Source of the DNA: Candidatus Bathyarchaeia archaeon
GTDB lineage: Archaea > Thermoproteota > Bathyarchaeia > 40CM-2-53-6
Assembly: GCA_049517415.1 (NCBI GenBank)
Contig: JBEKSC010000004.1
Span: 82,243 to 146,242 of the forward strand
Length of the DNA stretch: 64,000 bases
Direction of reading: 5' to 3'
Shown: positions 9,458 to 18,753 of the stretch, one piece after another
How the letters are laid out: every line of letters starts with the position of its first letter
How positions within the stretch are numbered: position 1 is the stretch's first letter
Made by a program: the position numbers and the translations under genes
Notes under the pieces: generated by a model
Database searches by the model: none
What the model was told of the DNA's origin: nothing
Seen by the model: the letters and a program-made list of their open reading frames with translations, nothing else

Positions 9458-9787
9458 TCAAGTCTTTTCGCTCCTTCTCGTTTTTCGATTGTGAATCTCA
9501 GTGAGTACACTCAGGTCGCCCTGAAGGGCTTTCTCCACCTGCGCCGCACGCAGAAGGAAGAGTGAATTGTTGCTGACGGTTTGGAACACTATGCGTCCCC
9601 CAGCCTCCTGAATCTGACTCCGGATCTTCTGCACGTCGCCAAGTCTGCAGCTCATGACGACGCCAAAGGTGATGGGGAATTGTAGGTCGGGGCTATCGCT
9701 AGGCTGTGTTGCGTCCGGAAAAAGAGTAGGGGAGTTATGTTCTTGCTTGCTTAATTCTTTGTAACTGCGGTTCTCCATTTTCTCCAT
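9458..9787 (-). CDS. Hypothetical viral protein between tail tube and chaperone
   Basis: 109 aa; diverged copies of its C-terminus occur at ~8730-8829 and ~7650-7743. Confidence 0.65.
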   Translation of the reverse strand: MEKMENRSYKELSKQEHNSPTLFPDATQPSDSPDLQFPITFGVVMSCRLGDVQKIRSQIQEAGGRIVFQTVSNNSLFLLRAAQVEKALQGDLSVLTEIHNRKTRRSEKT

Positions 9788-9817
9788 CTCTCCAATCTTA
9801 AACGGCCTAAGAAAGGC

Positions 9818-10279
9818 CTACGGACCCGGCGAGCCGGTGGTGTTGGTGATTGAGGCGAACATGAAAGTCCATGTTTCCTCAAGGAACCCGTCAGTAGTCT
9901 TGAGATCCTCTTGGTAGTCACCTATACAGCCACAAAGCACGATCCCGGTCCCGGTTAGCTTGTTCTTGACCGCCAAGAAGAGCGGTGTCAAAGCACCGAT
10001 TGTGAAGGCGCCCACATTTGTTGCGAAAGATCCTGTGGCACCGGATACTTCGGCGAGTTCATCAACCCAGCGTACTATCGTGCCAGTGTACTTGACGAGT
10101 GTTCCGTAGACTTCGGTCCCTCGAGAGCCGATTCCCACGGCCACCTGTGTGGTGTTCTGATTGACTTTGTAGGTGAGACTCTCAAGGTTGGTTAGTGGAG
10201 GCGCAGTTAGGCAGTTCGTTGCTGAGGTCCCTATTCTTATGACCACCTCATCGCCAGTGTATTTCAAAGCTTGTTTCAC
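9818..10279 (-). CDS. Major tail (tube) protein, putative
   Basis: 153 aa beta-rich; position in the module; KYTGTIVRW...FLEETWTF pattern. Confidence 0.7.
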   Translation of the reverse strand: MKQALKYTGDEVVIRIGTSATNCLTAPPLTNLESLTYKVNQNTTQVAVGIGSRGTEVYGTLVKYTGTIVRWVDELAEVSGATGSFATNVGAFTIGALTPLFLAVKNKLTGTGIVLCGCIGDYQEDLKTTDGFLEETWTFMFASITNTTGSPGP

Positions 10280-10314
10280 GCTCCGTCAGGTCTCAATGAG
10301 ACTGTGACCAGAAA

Positions 10315-10666
10315 CTACTGGAACGCCCAGAGAATCCCGTCCCGAACAAGGGACAATAACTTCGCCTGCCCCTCTTCTGCCGAAGGGCGAATGAACGGCT
10401 CCGCGGCCATTTTCCGCGTGCCACATTCCACGAAAAAAGGTGTAGTCGGCATCCGCTCCTAATTCCAGCTGCATCCCGTCCACCGTGTGGTAGATGCTGC
10501 TTTGCAGATGGCCCGTTCTTACCGGGACCAGCTGCCTCGAGTGAGCTTCCATATCGGTGCCGGCCTCCTCAAGGGCGGTAGCGATCGCTTTCTGAATCTC
10601 GGCTTTCGCGGCGAGAAGCTTAGCCGTAACCGTATCCGACACAATCTGGATGCTGAAGCCTGGCAA
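10315..10666 (-). CDS. HK97 gp10-like tail/neck component with a +1 frameshift in a T6 run (10433-10438)
   Basis: VPVRTGHLQSSI...ADY; removing one T gives FFVECGTRKMAAEPFIRPS, the family's C-terminal motif, with a stop at 10315. Confidence 0.85.
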
Positions 10667-10888
10667 CTATTTTCCCCAACCGATGAGTTTGACGTCGTCG
10701 TGAAATCCGCAGAGCGTGCAGAGAACGCTTGGCCGTACGGTCCCATCTACTTCAATCGTATGCCTGGCCAAGGAGAGCAGGTCGGTTCCGTCGTTGATGT
10801 ACACAATTCGCCTGCCGTCCTGGGCTTGATAGTAGTGCCAGGTGCGCGGTTGCCAGTCTGCGTTCAGCGCTTTCGGAAGTTCCAACAT
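10667..10888 (-). CDS. Small Cys/His protein
   Basis: TVRPSVLCTLCGFHDDV. Confidence 0.6.
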   Translation of the reverse strand: MLELPKALNADWQPRTWHYYQAQDGRRIVYINDGTDLLSLARHTIEVDGTVRPSVLCTLCGFHDDVKLIGWGK

Positions 10889-10894
10889 TCCTGA

Positions 10895-11341
10895 TCAGCT
10901 TGAGTAGAGTACAATGTTCGCGTGGAAATCGTCAGGCAACGGCAGCATGTTATGCGCCCACACTTCAACGGTGAACGAGCTCAGCGGTTCCGGGAAGGGC
11001 GTGTAGAAGTTCGCGTTCCCACTATCGCCAGTGTTGACCTGGGCGATCTCGGTCCCGTTGACGAAGATGTGAATCGAAACATGGAGCCAGAACCAAGTCG
11101 AAACTGTGACCTGCGCCGCCTTCACTGGCTGCCCAAGATGGACAATGATGAAGCGATAGTAGACGGTCTTGGCGGAAATCATCTCGTACACGTAGATCGG
11201 ACTCTGCGTCGCCGTCACCTGTTCAGTGAAGACTGGTTGCGGTAACGCGCCGTAGAATGATAGGAACACTAGGCTGATCAGTACCAGGAAACCGAATTGC
11301 TTCAGCGCCGATTTCGTGCGCTTGACAATGTCTTCTTTCAT
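10895..11341 (-). CDS. Hypothetical protein with an N-terminal membrane/signal segment
   Basis: 148 aa, in the operon. Confidence 0.55.
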   Translation of the reverse strand: MKEDIVKRTKSALKQFGFLVLISLVFLSFYGALPQPVFTEQVTATQSPIYVYEMISAKTVYYRFIIVHLGQPVKAAQVTVSTWFWLHVSIHIFVNGTEIAQVNTGDSGNANFYTPFPEPLSSFTVEVWAHNMLPLPDDFHANIVLYSS

Positions 11342-11342
11342 G

Positions 11343-11810
11343 CTAAGTGGCCAGCTTACGGTGGGTCCAGAAGGTCCAATCTTGAATCACCCTGGCTTCT
11401 CGCGTCAATACCGGGACCCGTACTGAGGCGCCGAGGGGTAACGTGTCTATGTCCATGACTTTCTGTAGGCTGTGAATATCGTAAGTGTCCCGGAGAGCGT
11501 CGTGGGCGTTCCAGATAGCCTGCTCAACCTGGTCGGCCAGTTTGCTGCACCCTGCTTTGTCGTCGAAGTTCACGTCGACCTGCAGCCGGTAGAGGTTCAT
11601 GACTGCACGGCCACCCGGGGCGCTTGCCGGTCCGCCGTACATGCTGACGCCAGTGGTTCTACTTGTGCCGGCAACTATGGTGAGGACGATGCTGCGTATG
11701 TCGGCGCCTTCGAATGGCAACTCCTTGTAGATCGTGACTCCCAGGTTCGCGGCTGTGAGAACCGCGGCGAAGGCTGCGCGGACATCCTGCCGAGGCGTAG
11801 GCGTACTCAA
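11343..11810 (-). CDS. Tail completion/terminator protein, putative
   Basis: 155 aa; YRLQVDV..KLADQVEQAI pattern; position. Confidence 0.65.
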   Translation of the reverse strand: MSTPTPRQDVRAAFAAVLTAANLGVTIYKELPFEGADIRSIVLTIVAGTSRTTGVSMYGGPASAPGGRAVMNLYRLQVDVNFDDKAGCSKLADQVEQAIWNAHDALRDTYDIHSLQKVMDIDTLPLGASVRVPVLTREARVIQDWTFWTHRKLAT

Positions 11811-11932
11811 AGGAGGTCATCCGTGAAGCGCTACGGCGATGGCTAGGACGATGAGTACGACCGCGGCGCAGATGCCCAGAGCGATGTAGCAACCTGAAAG
11901 AAAACCACGTACGGCAGCTCGCAGCATTGAAA

Positions 11933-12136
11933 TCACTTCTTCTTGAGCATGCAGAGGACAGCTACGACGGCGAAAGCGAGGCCGCCAAGCGTCAGGCTGC
12001 CCGTGAGGTACCATACAACGACGGCCAGCACGATGGCGGGTAGGAAGTAGATTGCCGCCTTCAGTAGAATGATCAGGATCGTCCCAACCACGAGAAACAC
12101 GCCTAAGAAGAATATGTCAACCAAGAATGGCATCAT
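11933..12136 (-). CDS. Small membrane protein (possible holin-like)
   Basis: 67 aa, almost entirely hydrophobic, ends KKK. Confidence 0.55.
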   Translation of the reverse strand: MMPFLVDIFFLGVFLVVGTILIILLKAAIYFLPAIVLAVVVWYLTGSLTLGGLAFAVVAVLCMLKKK

Positions 12137-12152
12137 AACATTCTCACCTCTC

Positions 12153-12536
12153 CTAATTCGCCAAGTACTCGGCGATCGGGAACACGACCTTCCGCAGCAC
12201 CCAATCCTTTAAGGCCGCATGCGGCCGGTCCAGTTGGATGTACATTCGATATCGGCTAACGGGAATGACCGAGGGTAGCTTGCCTTGGGCAACTCTCTTG
12301 AGTCGACAGAACATCAGGCACGTGAAGTGCGGGCGCCGATAGTGCAGGCCTGGGTGGCAGATGCAATTCCAACGCGTAACCACAATGTTCGGCGGCGTCA
12401 TCTTCATGTACAGTTTGCCGTCGAGAACGTCACGCATGATCATGGCGTTTGGGCCAAACGGCTCAAGCGGAACCAGGTTGTCTCCGGATCCCGTGCCACC
12501 GGATACGTGCCACTCATTGGTCGGGGGTTGACTCAT
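12153..12536 (-). CDS. Hypothetical viral protein
   Basis: 127 aa, in the operon. Confidence 0.55.
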   Translation of the reverse strand: MSQPPTNEWHVSGGTGSGDNLVPLEPFGPNAMIMRDVLDGKLYMKMTPPNIVVTRWNCICHPGLHYRRPHFTCLMFCRLKRVAQGKLPSVIPVSRYRMYIQLDRPHAALKDWVLRKVVFPIAEYLAN

Positions 12537-12774
12537 TAATTTTCACGTTCACGTTCCAGAACACTTTCCAAGGTCTGCAGCCGTAGACATCACTATGTCG
12601 AACCACGGCAGCCACAACGTCGTCAGCTGAAATACGGCAATCTTGTCGGAAGCAGGAGTAGATAACACGAAGGCAAAGGGGGCAAAGCGCTGAGATTGGC
12701 GGAACGATACAACACTCTAGTATCACTGCGACTTTGGGAAAGTCTTCAACTGATGATAGTTTGCTCAATCCCAT
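12514..12774 (-). CDS. Hypothetical Cys-rich protein, apparently inserted
   Basis: CPLC motif; flanked by 25-bp diverged repeats at 12513-12537 and 12786-12810. Confidence 0.5.
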   Translation of the reverse strand: MGLSKLSSVEDFPKVAVILECCIVPPISALCPLCLRVIYSCFRQDCRISADDVVAAVVRHSDVYGCRPWKVFWNVNVKINESTPDQ

Positions 12775-12786
12775 GTGACTTCCCTC

Positions 12787-13266
12787 TCATTGGTCTGGAG
12801 TGGGTTCATTCCAGCCGTCGACTATGTTCGGCGTCTGGTACTTGCTGACAGCGGTGTACGGATAGCGCTTGATCCAGGGCGTCAGCAAGTCCTGCAGATC
12901 CTTGGGTAGCACGGCCTGGAGGGGGATTGAGATTTGGAACATGGTCTCGTGAACGAGTGGTCCCATCTTGTTGGTGACCATGTACTGAATCATATTCGAC
13001 GACGCCCGTGCGGCAATGTCCTGGATGGCAGGCGGGATTGCTCCTGGGAAGTCGACGTCGAAATCCCGCTTACAGAAACGATTGATGTGACTTTGAGCCC
13101 GAGGAATCAGCGTGTTGTCTATGAAAGTGTTGAACGCGGCCTCGTTAGGAAATGGGGCTTGAACGCCCCCTGCGCCCGTCGTGCCAGACACGTTGAGAGC
13201 ACTCCACTTCGTAGCCGCGTAAATCTTGACTTCAGCGCTGGTGGTCCATGCTGACATACTATGCAC
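12787..13266 (-). CDS. Head-tail connector (gp6/gp15-like adaptor)
   Basis: LIPRAQSHINRFCKRDF...IPPAIQDIA...LQDLLTPW. Confidence 0.75.
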   Translation of the reverse strand: MHSMSAWTTSAEVKIYAATKWSALNVSGTTGAGGVQAPFPNEAAFNTFIDNTLIPRAQSHINRFCKRDFDVDFPGAIPPAIQDIAARASSNMIQYMVTNKMGPLVHETMFQISIPLQAVLPKDLQDLLTPWIKRYPYTAVSKYQTPNIVDGWNEPTPDQ

Positions 13267-13269
13267 CTG

Positions 13270-13566
13270 CTACCTTCCGCTATCGCTAAGGTTCTTCTCG
13301 TTGAGTCGCCGCGTAACATCTCGGACGGCGAGCCGGCGCTTGGCTTCTCGGAGGTCTGCTTTGCCTGCGGAGCCCGCGGTGCGGAGGCGTGATCTAATCG
13401 GGGCCTTCTTGGCCACGACGACCAGGGCTTTGGTTACCGCGTGAATGGTCTTGATCAGTTTCGCTTTCTCGTTCACAGAATGCAGCAAAGTGAAGGTGGT
13501 GAGTAAGGTGTTGATGCTCGTGGCTACAAGGGCCACGGAAACGAGGACGGTGTCAGCATCTACCAT
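13270..13566 (-). CDS. Hypothetical protein (N-terminal TM segment, basic tail)
   Basis: 98 aa, in the operon. Confidence 0.5.
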   Translation of the reverse strand: MVDADTVLVSVALVATSINTLLTTFTLLHSVNEKAKLIKTIHAVTKALVVVAKKAPIRSRLRTAGSAGKADLREAKRRLAVRDVTRRLNEKNLSDSGR

Positions 13567-13569
13567 CTA

Positions 13570-13830
13570 CTATCTACCTTCCACTGATGATTAGTCCCGC
13601 TCGAGTGGGACGGCTGGGGACAGCCGAAGTCTCGTTCACTATGCGACCGCTGGCCGCATGATTATTGTGACTGCTGATCCTTCAGGTTCCAATGTTCTAC
13701 GGTCACGCTGAGGGGTACCGTGTCGGCGCTTGCCGCCCACTCGGGTGTCGGGGTATGGTACCGCATGATTAGGATCCTCACGGGAGAAAAAGTGAGGTTA
13801 GGGATTCACGCCCGTCTAGGTGACGGGTAA
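13570..13830. other. Highly structured intergenic region downstream of MCP (possible ncRNA or processing element)
   Basis: At least five hairpins and a duplicated ccgcatgatta; no ORF. Confidence 0.4.
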
Positions 13831-13845
13831 CTCACGAAAGAACTA

Positions 13846-14835
13846 CTATGCGTGTACGTTGGTGATTTCGTTGATTGCAGTCGTGACGCCGGTTTGTGGT
13901 TGCAGGTACTGGCGCATTATGTATGCGTCGTAGCCTGCGGCTTCGTTTCTGTACCTTGCCGCTTCGGTCGGGCCAGATCCCAAAATCATTGCGGATACTG
14001 GGTCTAGCACGTAGCAGCTGGTTGTCGGGGTTATGAAGAAGTCGCTGTAACCCATGACTCCTGGTAGGCCTGGGATTTGGAATCCTCCGCCCTGCGTAAA
14101 GTCTGGGTACACTGCGCCGGCTAGTTGGCCTTTGACGTAGTCGTTGCCGAAGAACGCGGACCATCCAGTCGGGTGCATCACTACTGACGTCGGATGGTAG
14201 CCCGCGGTTGCGATCGTAGTCATAGCGCCGATTATGTCCGTGTACGGGTTGAATTCGCTGCGGCCGCTTGCTAGTGTGGTCCAGAGGCCGCTTGCAGCCG
14301 GTTGCAAGCCTCCAGCTGCGGCGAAGGCTTGGCTGATCTGGTGGTTCTCGCTGTATGCTAAGGCACCTGCGGCGTCTCGGGTTGCAGTTCCGAAAATATC
14401 CACGTTCGCTAGTCTCTGCAATTCGTCCGACACGACGACGTGTTGAACGTTCTTCCAGAGAGCGAAGGTGACAGTGGTCCACGCGTCGGGGTCAAGGGAA
14501 GCTTCCACAAGTGGCGGAACCTTCTCTGTTGCCGTTCCCTTCGTGTAGATCGGAATGCTTGCCTTGAGCGCGTTCATGGTGATGATGCGGCATGTGTTGC
14601 GCAGGTTGTACACTGGCCTTTGCAGGCCCAGTATTTCCTGCAGCAAGATTGGGATGTTGATGGCGCTGATATCCGATAGGCTCGGGAGCGCTGCTTGCTT
14701 CATATTCCGAGCGTTGAAGATTTTGCGATTGACGTCGCCGATTCTGCCCTGATAGACGTTGTTCGTGGTTGGGTCGAACCAACCAATTTCTTGTAGTTCT
14801 CCTTGTAGTCCACCATCAAGTTTGTCCATGTTCAA
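13846..14835 (-). CDS. Major capsid protein (HK97 fold)
   Basis: 329 aa; VVVSDEL..ANVDIF...AGALAYSENHQI...YHPTSVVMHP; position. Confidence 0.88.
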   Translation of the reverse strand: MNMDKLDGGLQGELQEIGWFDPTTNNVYQGRIGDVNRKIFNARNMKQAALPSLSDISAINIPILLQEILGLQRPVYNLRNTCRIITMNALKASIPIYTKGTATEKVPPLVEASLDPDAWTTVTFALWKNVQHVVVSDELQRLANVDIFGTATRDAAGALAYSENHQISQAFAAAGGLQPAASGLWTTLASGRSEFNPYTDIIGAMTTIATAGYHPTSVVMHPTGWSAFFGNDYVKGQLAGAVYPDFTQGGGFQIPGLPGVMGYSDFFITPTTSCYVLDPVSAMILGSGPTEAARYRNEAAGYDAYIMRQYLQPQTGVTTAINEITNVHA

Positions 14836-14841
14836 CCTCTC

Positions 14842-15276
14842 CTAGTTTCTCAACATTACACGGGTGAGGTCACCGGGGTTCGTTGTAGTGTCAAAGTTCA
14901 TTCCGACAAGCATTCCGCCTGGCATCAAGGATCCAGTCATGCCGGTGCCGCCTGATGCGCCTGTGCCCAACGCTAGGGCTGTGGCTGTGGTGACGTAGGC
15001 TACTGTGCTTGGTACAACTGGGGCGAACTGCACTATTGCACCCGCCGCAGCGACCCAGACAACGCCGTCGATGACAATTTTGCCTTTCATGTCGGCGCCG
15101 CTGGCTACGCCTTGGTTTGCGATGCCGAACGGTCCTAGGTCGCCAGCCTGCCATGGCCGGCCGTCTTTGAGGCTGATGATTTGGCCTTTGGTGATGGTTG
15201 CAGTGGCGTTCTTGCTGACTGGCAAGTAGAAGAAGTCGTGAGCCATGTCAATATCGCCTGCATTTGGCATGGTCAC
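14842..15276 (-). CDS. Capsid decoration/cement protein, putative
   Basis: 144 aa; ITKGQII..PFGIA..DGVVWVAAAGAI; immediately upstream of MCP. Confidence 0.7.
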   Translation of the reverse strand: MTMPNAGDIDMAHDFFYLPVSKNATATITKGQIISLKDGRPWQAGDLGPFGIANQGVASGADMKGKIVIDGVVWVAAAGAIVQFAPVVPSTVAYVTTATALALGTGASGGTGMTGSLMPGGMLVGMNFDTTTNPGDLTRVMLRN

Positions 15277-16919
15277 TTACCTCCTATGATCTCGCCGTGT
15301 TCGTCTCGGCGGTAACCGAACAGTTTCTCGCGTTGATCTTCAATGGTGTTCATCGCTTGTTCTTGGGTGTGTTTCGCCTTTGGGCCAGAAGGCATCGAGT
15401 CTAAGCGTGCTTGGACTGCTGTTAGTTCTTTCTCGACTGCGTCGAGTGCATCAGCTGACAGCTTCTCAAGCTCGCTGAAAGCTTGCGCGTGGTCCTTTGG
15501 TTCCAGCATGCCGCAGTGGGTTTTCAGTTCCACTATGGTCTGAACCTTGGCCATGCGCTGCTTCTTTTCAACCTCGGCCTTGTAGGCCTTGAGCGTTGTG
15601 AGTTCTGCTTCGAGGGCTGCGTTCTTTGCTTGTAATTCGTTACATTCTGACATTTCCTGTTCCTCCTTTGATTGATGCATCCCACTCTTCGTACCGCACA
15701 ACTCGCTGTCAATATCGAATTTCTTGGCAGCTGCACAGATCTTCTTCTTCGCCTCAGCTTTCGCTGAATCGTTCTCGAACGACGTCGCGCTCCATCCATT
15801 ACCGCCAAGCGCAGCCCTAACGTGGTCTGCGTCGTGAATGGGAAGGTGCCGTCCGCCTTTCGAGTCGATGTACGCGAAGTCGCTGTCTGAGAGGTTGTTT
15901 CGTTCCTCGGTCGTAAGTGGTGCGGCTGAGAGTTGGGATGTTTGAGTGGTTTTCATTTTGTTACCCCCCTCCATTTTCTGGCCCAGTTTTGTCTCGAGGT
16001 CTTGCTTCTGGCTAGGGCTTGGAATAGGCCTCACAGGGTTCATCTCCCCATCACTCACACTCTTGTGAGAAGAAAGCGCCAAAGGCGCGATCATAGGTTC
16101 AGGTTCCGGTTTAATGTGCAGGATTATTTCGAGGCGTTCCTCGAGCGCGGTTAGGATCCCACGGGCGCTCTGCACCGCCTTCCTCATAGTCGAAAGGTCT
16201 TGGTCATTGATCGAGAATACGCCGGCCTGACTCTCGCAGGCAGCCTGCAGCGCCTGGTAGAAGTCGCACTTAGTTTCGCTGTCGCAGGTCCCGTCAACCC
16301 CCGCGTCCGGATAGGCGCCTTTGTCGACGAAGAGTACATGTTCGAAATTGAAATCGTCCACAACGTCCACATCGCCTTCCCGGTGTTCAACGAATGCCAG
16401 GACCGAGGGGCTGACGGCTTTCCAGTTCTTGTTCTTGATGTTGTCCCAAGCGTAGTCCTTGGTGATTTCGGCGATGCCGTGGGTGACATGGTTAGATTGG
16501 AAGTCGACGAATTTACCGATCGGCGACCATAAGCCTTCGTGTGGTGCGCCTGGTGGACCACCGACCACGTTGCCTCGTTCTCCAGGAGCTGGCGGACCCA
16601 GCAATGGAGCGTCGAGTAGGGATTTCAGCGCCTTAGCTCGAGCGGTGGTCGTGACCTGCCACTTGTTCAGGTTCGGCGCCAAATCGATTACATGAATTTT
16701 GGCTAAATGCTTGCCTTGTTCCTCGTAGGGCTCAAACGTCGCCTGGTACGCGAACGCAACCTTCCGTAGGCTCTGCTTGCTGGGCAGATGGCCACAGATT
16801 CTCTTAGCCGCCGCTTCGCTAAGTCCCTCCTTCATGTGCGCGGCTACGCAACTCTCACGGTCGGGGAACTTAGCGATCTCCGGCAAGTCCACTGCTTTCA
16901 CATCTTCCACACTCATCAA
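15273..16919 (-). CDS. Prohead protease-scaffold fusion with an internal DUF6582-like segment
   Basis: Protease-like part (NLNKWQV, H, AVSPS, FEHVLFVDKGAY); ERNNLSDSDFAY..RHLPIHDADHVRAAL; coiled-coil C-terminus. Confidence 0.78.
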   Translation of the reverse strand: MMSVEDVKAVDLPEIAKFPDRESCVAAHMKEGLSEAAAKRICGHLPSKQSLRKVAFAYQATFEPYEEQGKHLAKIHVIDLAPNLNKWQVTTTARAKALKSLLDAPLLGPPAPGERGNVVGGPPGAPHEGLWSPIGKFVDFQSNHVTHGIAEITKDYAWDNIKNKNWKAVSPSVLAFVEHREGDVDVVDDFNFEHVLFVDKGAYPDAGVDGTCDSETKCDFYQALQAACESQAGVFSINDQDLSTMRKAVQSARGILTALEERLEIILHIKPEPEPMIAPLALSSHKSVSDGEMNPVRPIPSPSQKQDLETKLGQKMEGGNKMKTTQTSQLSAAPLTTEERNNLSDSDFAYIDSKGGRHLPIHDADHVRAALGGNGWSATSFENDSAKAEAKKKICAAAKKFDIDSELCGTKSGMHQSKEEQEMSECNELQAKNAALEAELTTLKAYKAEVEKKQRMAKVQTIVELKTHCGMLEPKDHAQAFSELEKLSADALDAVEKELTAVQARLDSMPSGPKAKHTQEQAMNTIEDQREKLFGYRRDEHGEIIGGK

Positions 16920-17079
16920 AACACATCACCAGGACAACTAGGGAGTTCAGTAGGTCCCGTGTTCAGCCTTAGTTGAGATTACATCCAGAAACGGTCGCGC
17001 TGAAAGCTTCGAAGGCAAGATGATGAAACTTATGGGGATTACGTTATCGTTCAAATTCAGTCGCCCACACCATCACGAT

Positions 17080-17215
17080 CACAACAACAAGTTGGAAGGT
17101 GTGAACGGAGAAATCAGGGACAGAGAACGCGTCATGCGAACCTTATAGAAAACGGATACGCAATTCTTTCTGGTATGCAAATCTTCCACAGCTACGTGCG
17201 CCCCATCTGGGGCCG
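17080..17215 (+). mobile_element. Degraded DDE transposase remnant (IS6-like)
   Basis: HNNKLEGVNGEIRDRERVMRTL* then MQIFHSYVRP after a frameshift; resembles the NN..ER.NG..RDREK...HNY.RPH C-terminus of archaeal DDE transposases. Confidence 0.65.
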
Positions 17216-17232
17216 AACGAGAAAACTATTTT

Positions 17233-18282
17233 ATGCGCACAGGTTGGCTCTTGATGAGTATGAAGTCGCAACTAGTGGTAAGTGCGCTTCTCGTAGTGAC
17301 AATAATTCTGTCGATCGCGTTACCTTGGTATCCAGTTGTCTTGAATTGGCAGAAGTACATGATTATGACTCCAAGTCTTGCAGTGGAGGGTGGCGGTTCG
17401 GGAGCGATTGGGGAGCCCACGGTTATCTACGAGAATGATGTTTGGAGAATGTGGTACAGCTGCAACGAGTGGCACCAGTCTCAAACTTGTTACGCTGAAA
17501 GTTCCGATGCCCTGCATTGGACGAAGTTTGGTAAGGTTACAGACCAGCGATTAAGCATGATTGTAAGATACAACTCAACTACTCTGTTCTTTTACACTCG
17601 GGGCTTGTTGACCCAATATAGCCAAGATGGGATCCATTGGACTCACTTCGCACAGCAATACGGCGTGTTGCCGCCGAATCAACCCTACGACAACTACAAG
17701 TGGAATCCTTCAGTTCTCCAGTTGCCGAACGGCACTTGGCTAATGTACTACGAATGCACAGCCACCCTTGCCACCTTCCGTTCCTCTAGCTATTGGGCTT
17801 CATGCTTGGCATCGTCTCCTGACGGAATCCACGACTGGGTAAGGAACTCCGTGAATCCTGTGCTTGGCGGGAGGCGTCAAGGTTTCAGGGTTGGAAACCA
17901 AGATGTGCTTTACGACAGCGGGGTTTACTACATGTTTTGGAATGACTACTCTAAAGTGCCTTTGCAAATAGCGTTGTCAACCTCAACTGACGGCGTACAT
18001 TGGACGCAGGTGTTCTGGAAGACGAGTCCGTTAATTGCTCGCACCATTGAAGGCAGTCGATTCGACCAGATTGGGGACCAGGAAGTGGTTGTTAGGCCAG
18101 ATGGGATCTACGTTTTCTATGCCGCAACAGACAATATCGTTGGCTATGGACAAATCTGGCTTGCGAAACTACCGAACACAACATTACAACAGTTAGCCGG
18201 AGCAATTACCATAACGGAAAATGGCGTGGCTAGATCTGTAAAAAAGTGTAGCTTGCTGGGCCTAATGCTCAGACGTTGCTAA
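17233..18282 (+). CDS. Secreted five-bladed beta-propeller glycosidase-like protein (GH32/43/130-like)
   Basis: Signal/TM segment; repeated EPTVI..WRMWY, S.DG.HWT, NPVL blades. Confidence 0.75.
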   Translation: MRTGWLLMSMKSQLVVSALLVVTIILSIALPWYPVVLNWQKYMIMTPSLAVEGGGSGAIGEPTVIYENDVWRMWYSCNEWHQSQTCYAESSDALHWTKFGKVTDQRLSMIVRYNSTTLFFYTRGLLTQYSQDGIHWTHFAQQYGVLPPNQPYDNYKWNPSVLQLPNGTWLMYYECTATLATFRSSSYWASCLASSPDGIHDWVRNSVNPVLGGRRQGFRVGNQDVLYDSGVYYMFWNDYSKVPLQIALSTSTDGVHWTQVFWKTSPLIARTIEGSRFDQIGDQEVVVRPDGIYVFYAATDNIVGYGQIWLAKLPNTTLQQLAGAITITENGVARSVKKCSLLGLMLRRC

Positions 18283-18390
18283 AAGATGGGGAATGAAAAC
18301 TGGTCAACCGACAACTACACGTCTTACTTGATTGACTTCGTTATGATCGTCTGTTGCGAGCAGTAAATTCTAGACCGAAAGCGTAGAGCG

Positions 18391-18501
18391 CTAAGTTTGC
18401 ATGCACCAAATGCATTTTTTGATGATTGTACCGTCGGCTGCCTCAACTGTAGCGAGGGGATAGCCGCAGTAGGGACAGTATCCGGTTGAGGCAGTGCTCA
18501 A
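18391..18501 (-). CDS. 36-aa zinc-finger protein (below cutoff)
   Basis: MSTASTGYCPYCGYPL...IKKCIWCMQT. Confidence 0.55.
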   Translation of the reverse strand: MSTASTGYCPYCGYPLATVEAADGTIIKKCIWCMQT

Positions 18502-18753
18502 GCTTTCATCAGCAAACTAGGGACTGAAACTCTCTTCAAGCGTGGCTTTCGGCGTCTTGTGCGGAGGATTCCTACCGGGCGCATGCTCACCGCTTGGCTG
18601 CAGGCCGCGGCGTCGTATTCCCTTCTTTCGATTCTCTCAAGTTGTCGTCGGCGCCTTCCTACTTTGTCGTTGTCAAGTTTCGCCGGGTGGGTTGCGGTGT
18701 TCTGGATTAGAAAAACTTCTGATGTCCGACCACCACAGACATTATCTCTTAAC

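Noticed and set aside
13584..13630. Hammerhead ribozyme (CTGATGA followed by stems)
   Set aside because: No GAAA core or stem I/III pairing in the required register
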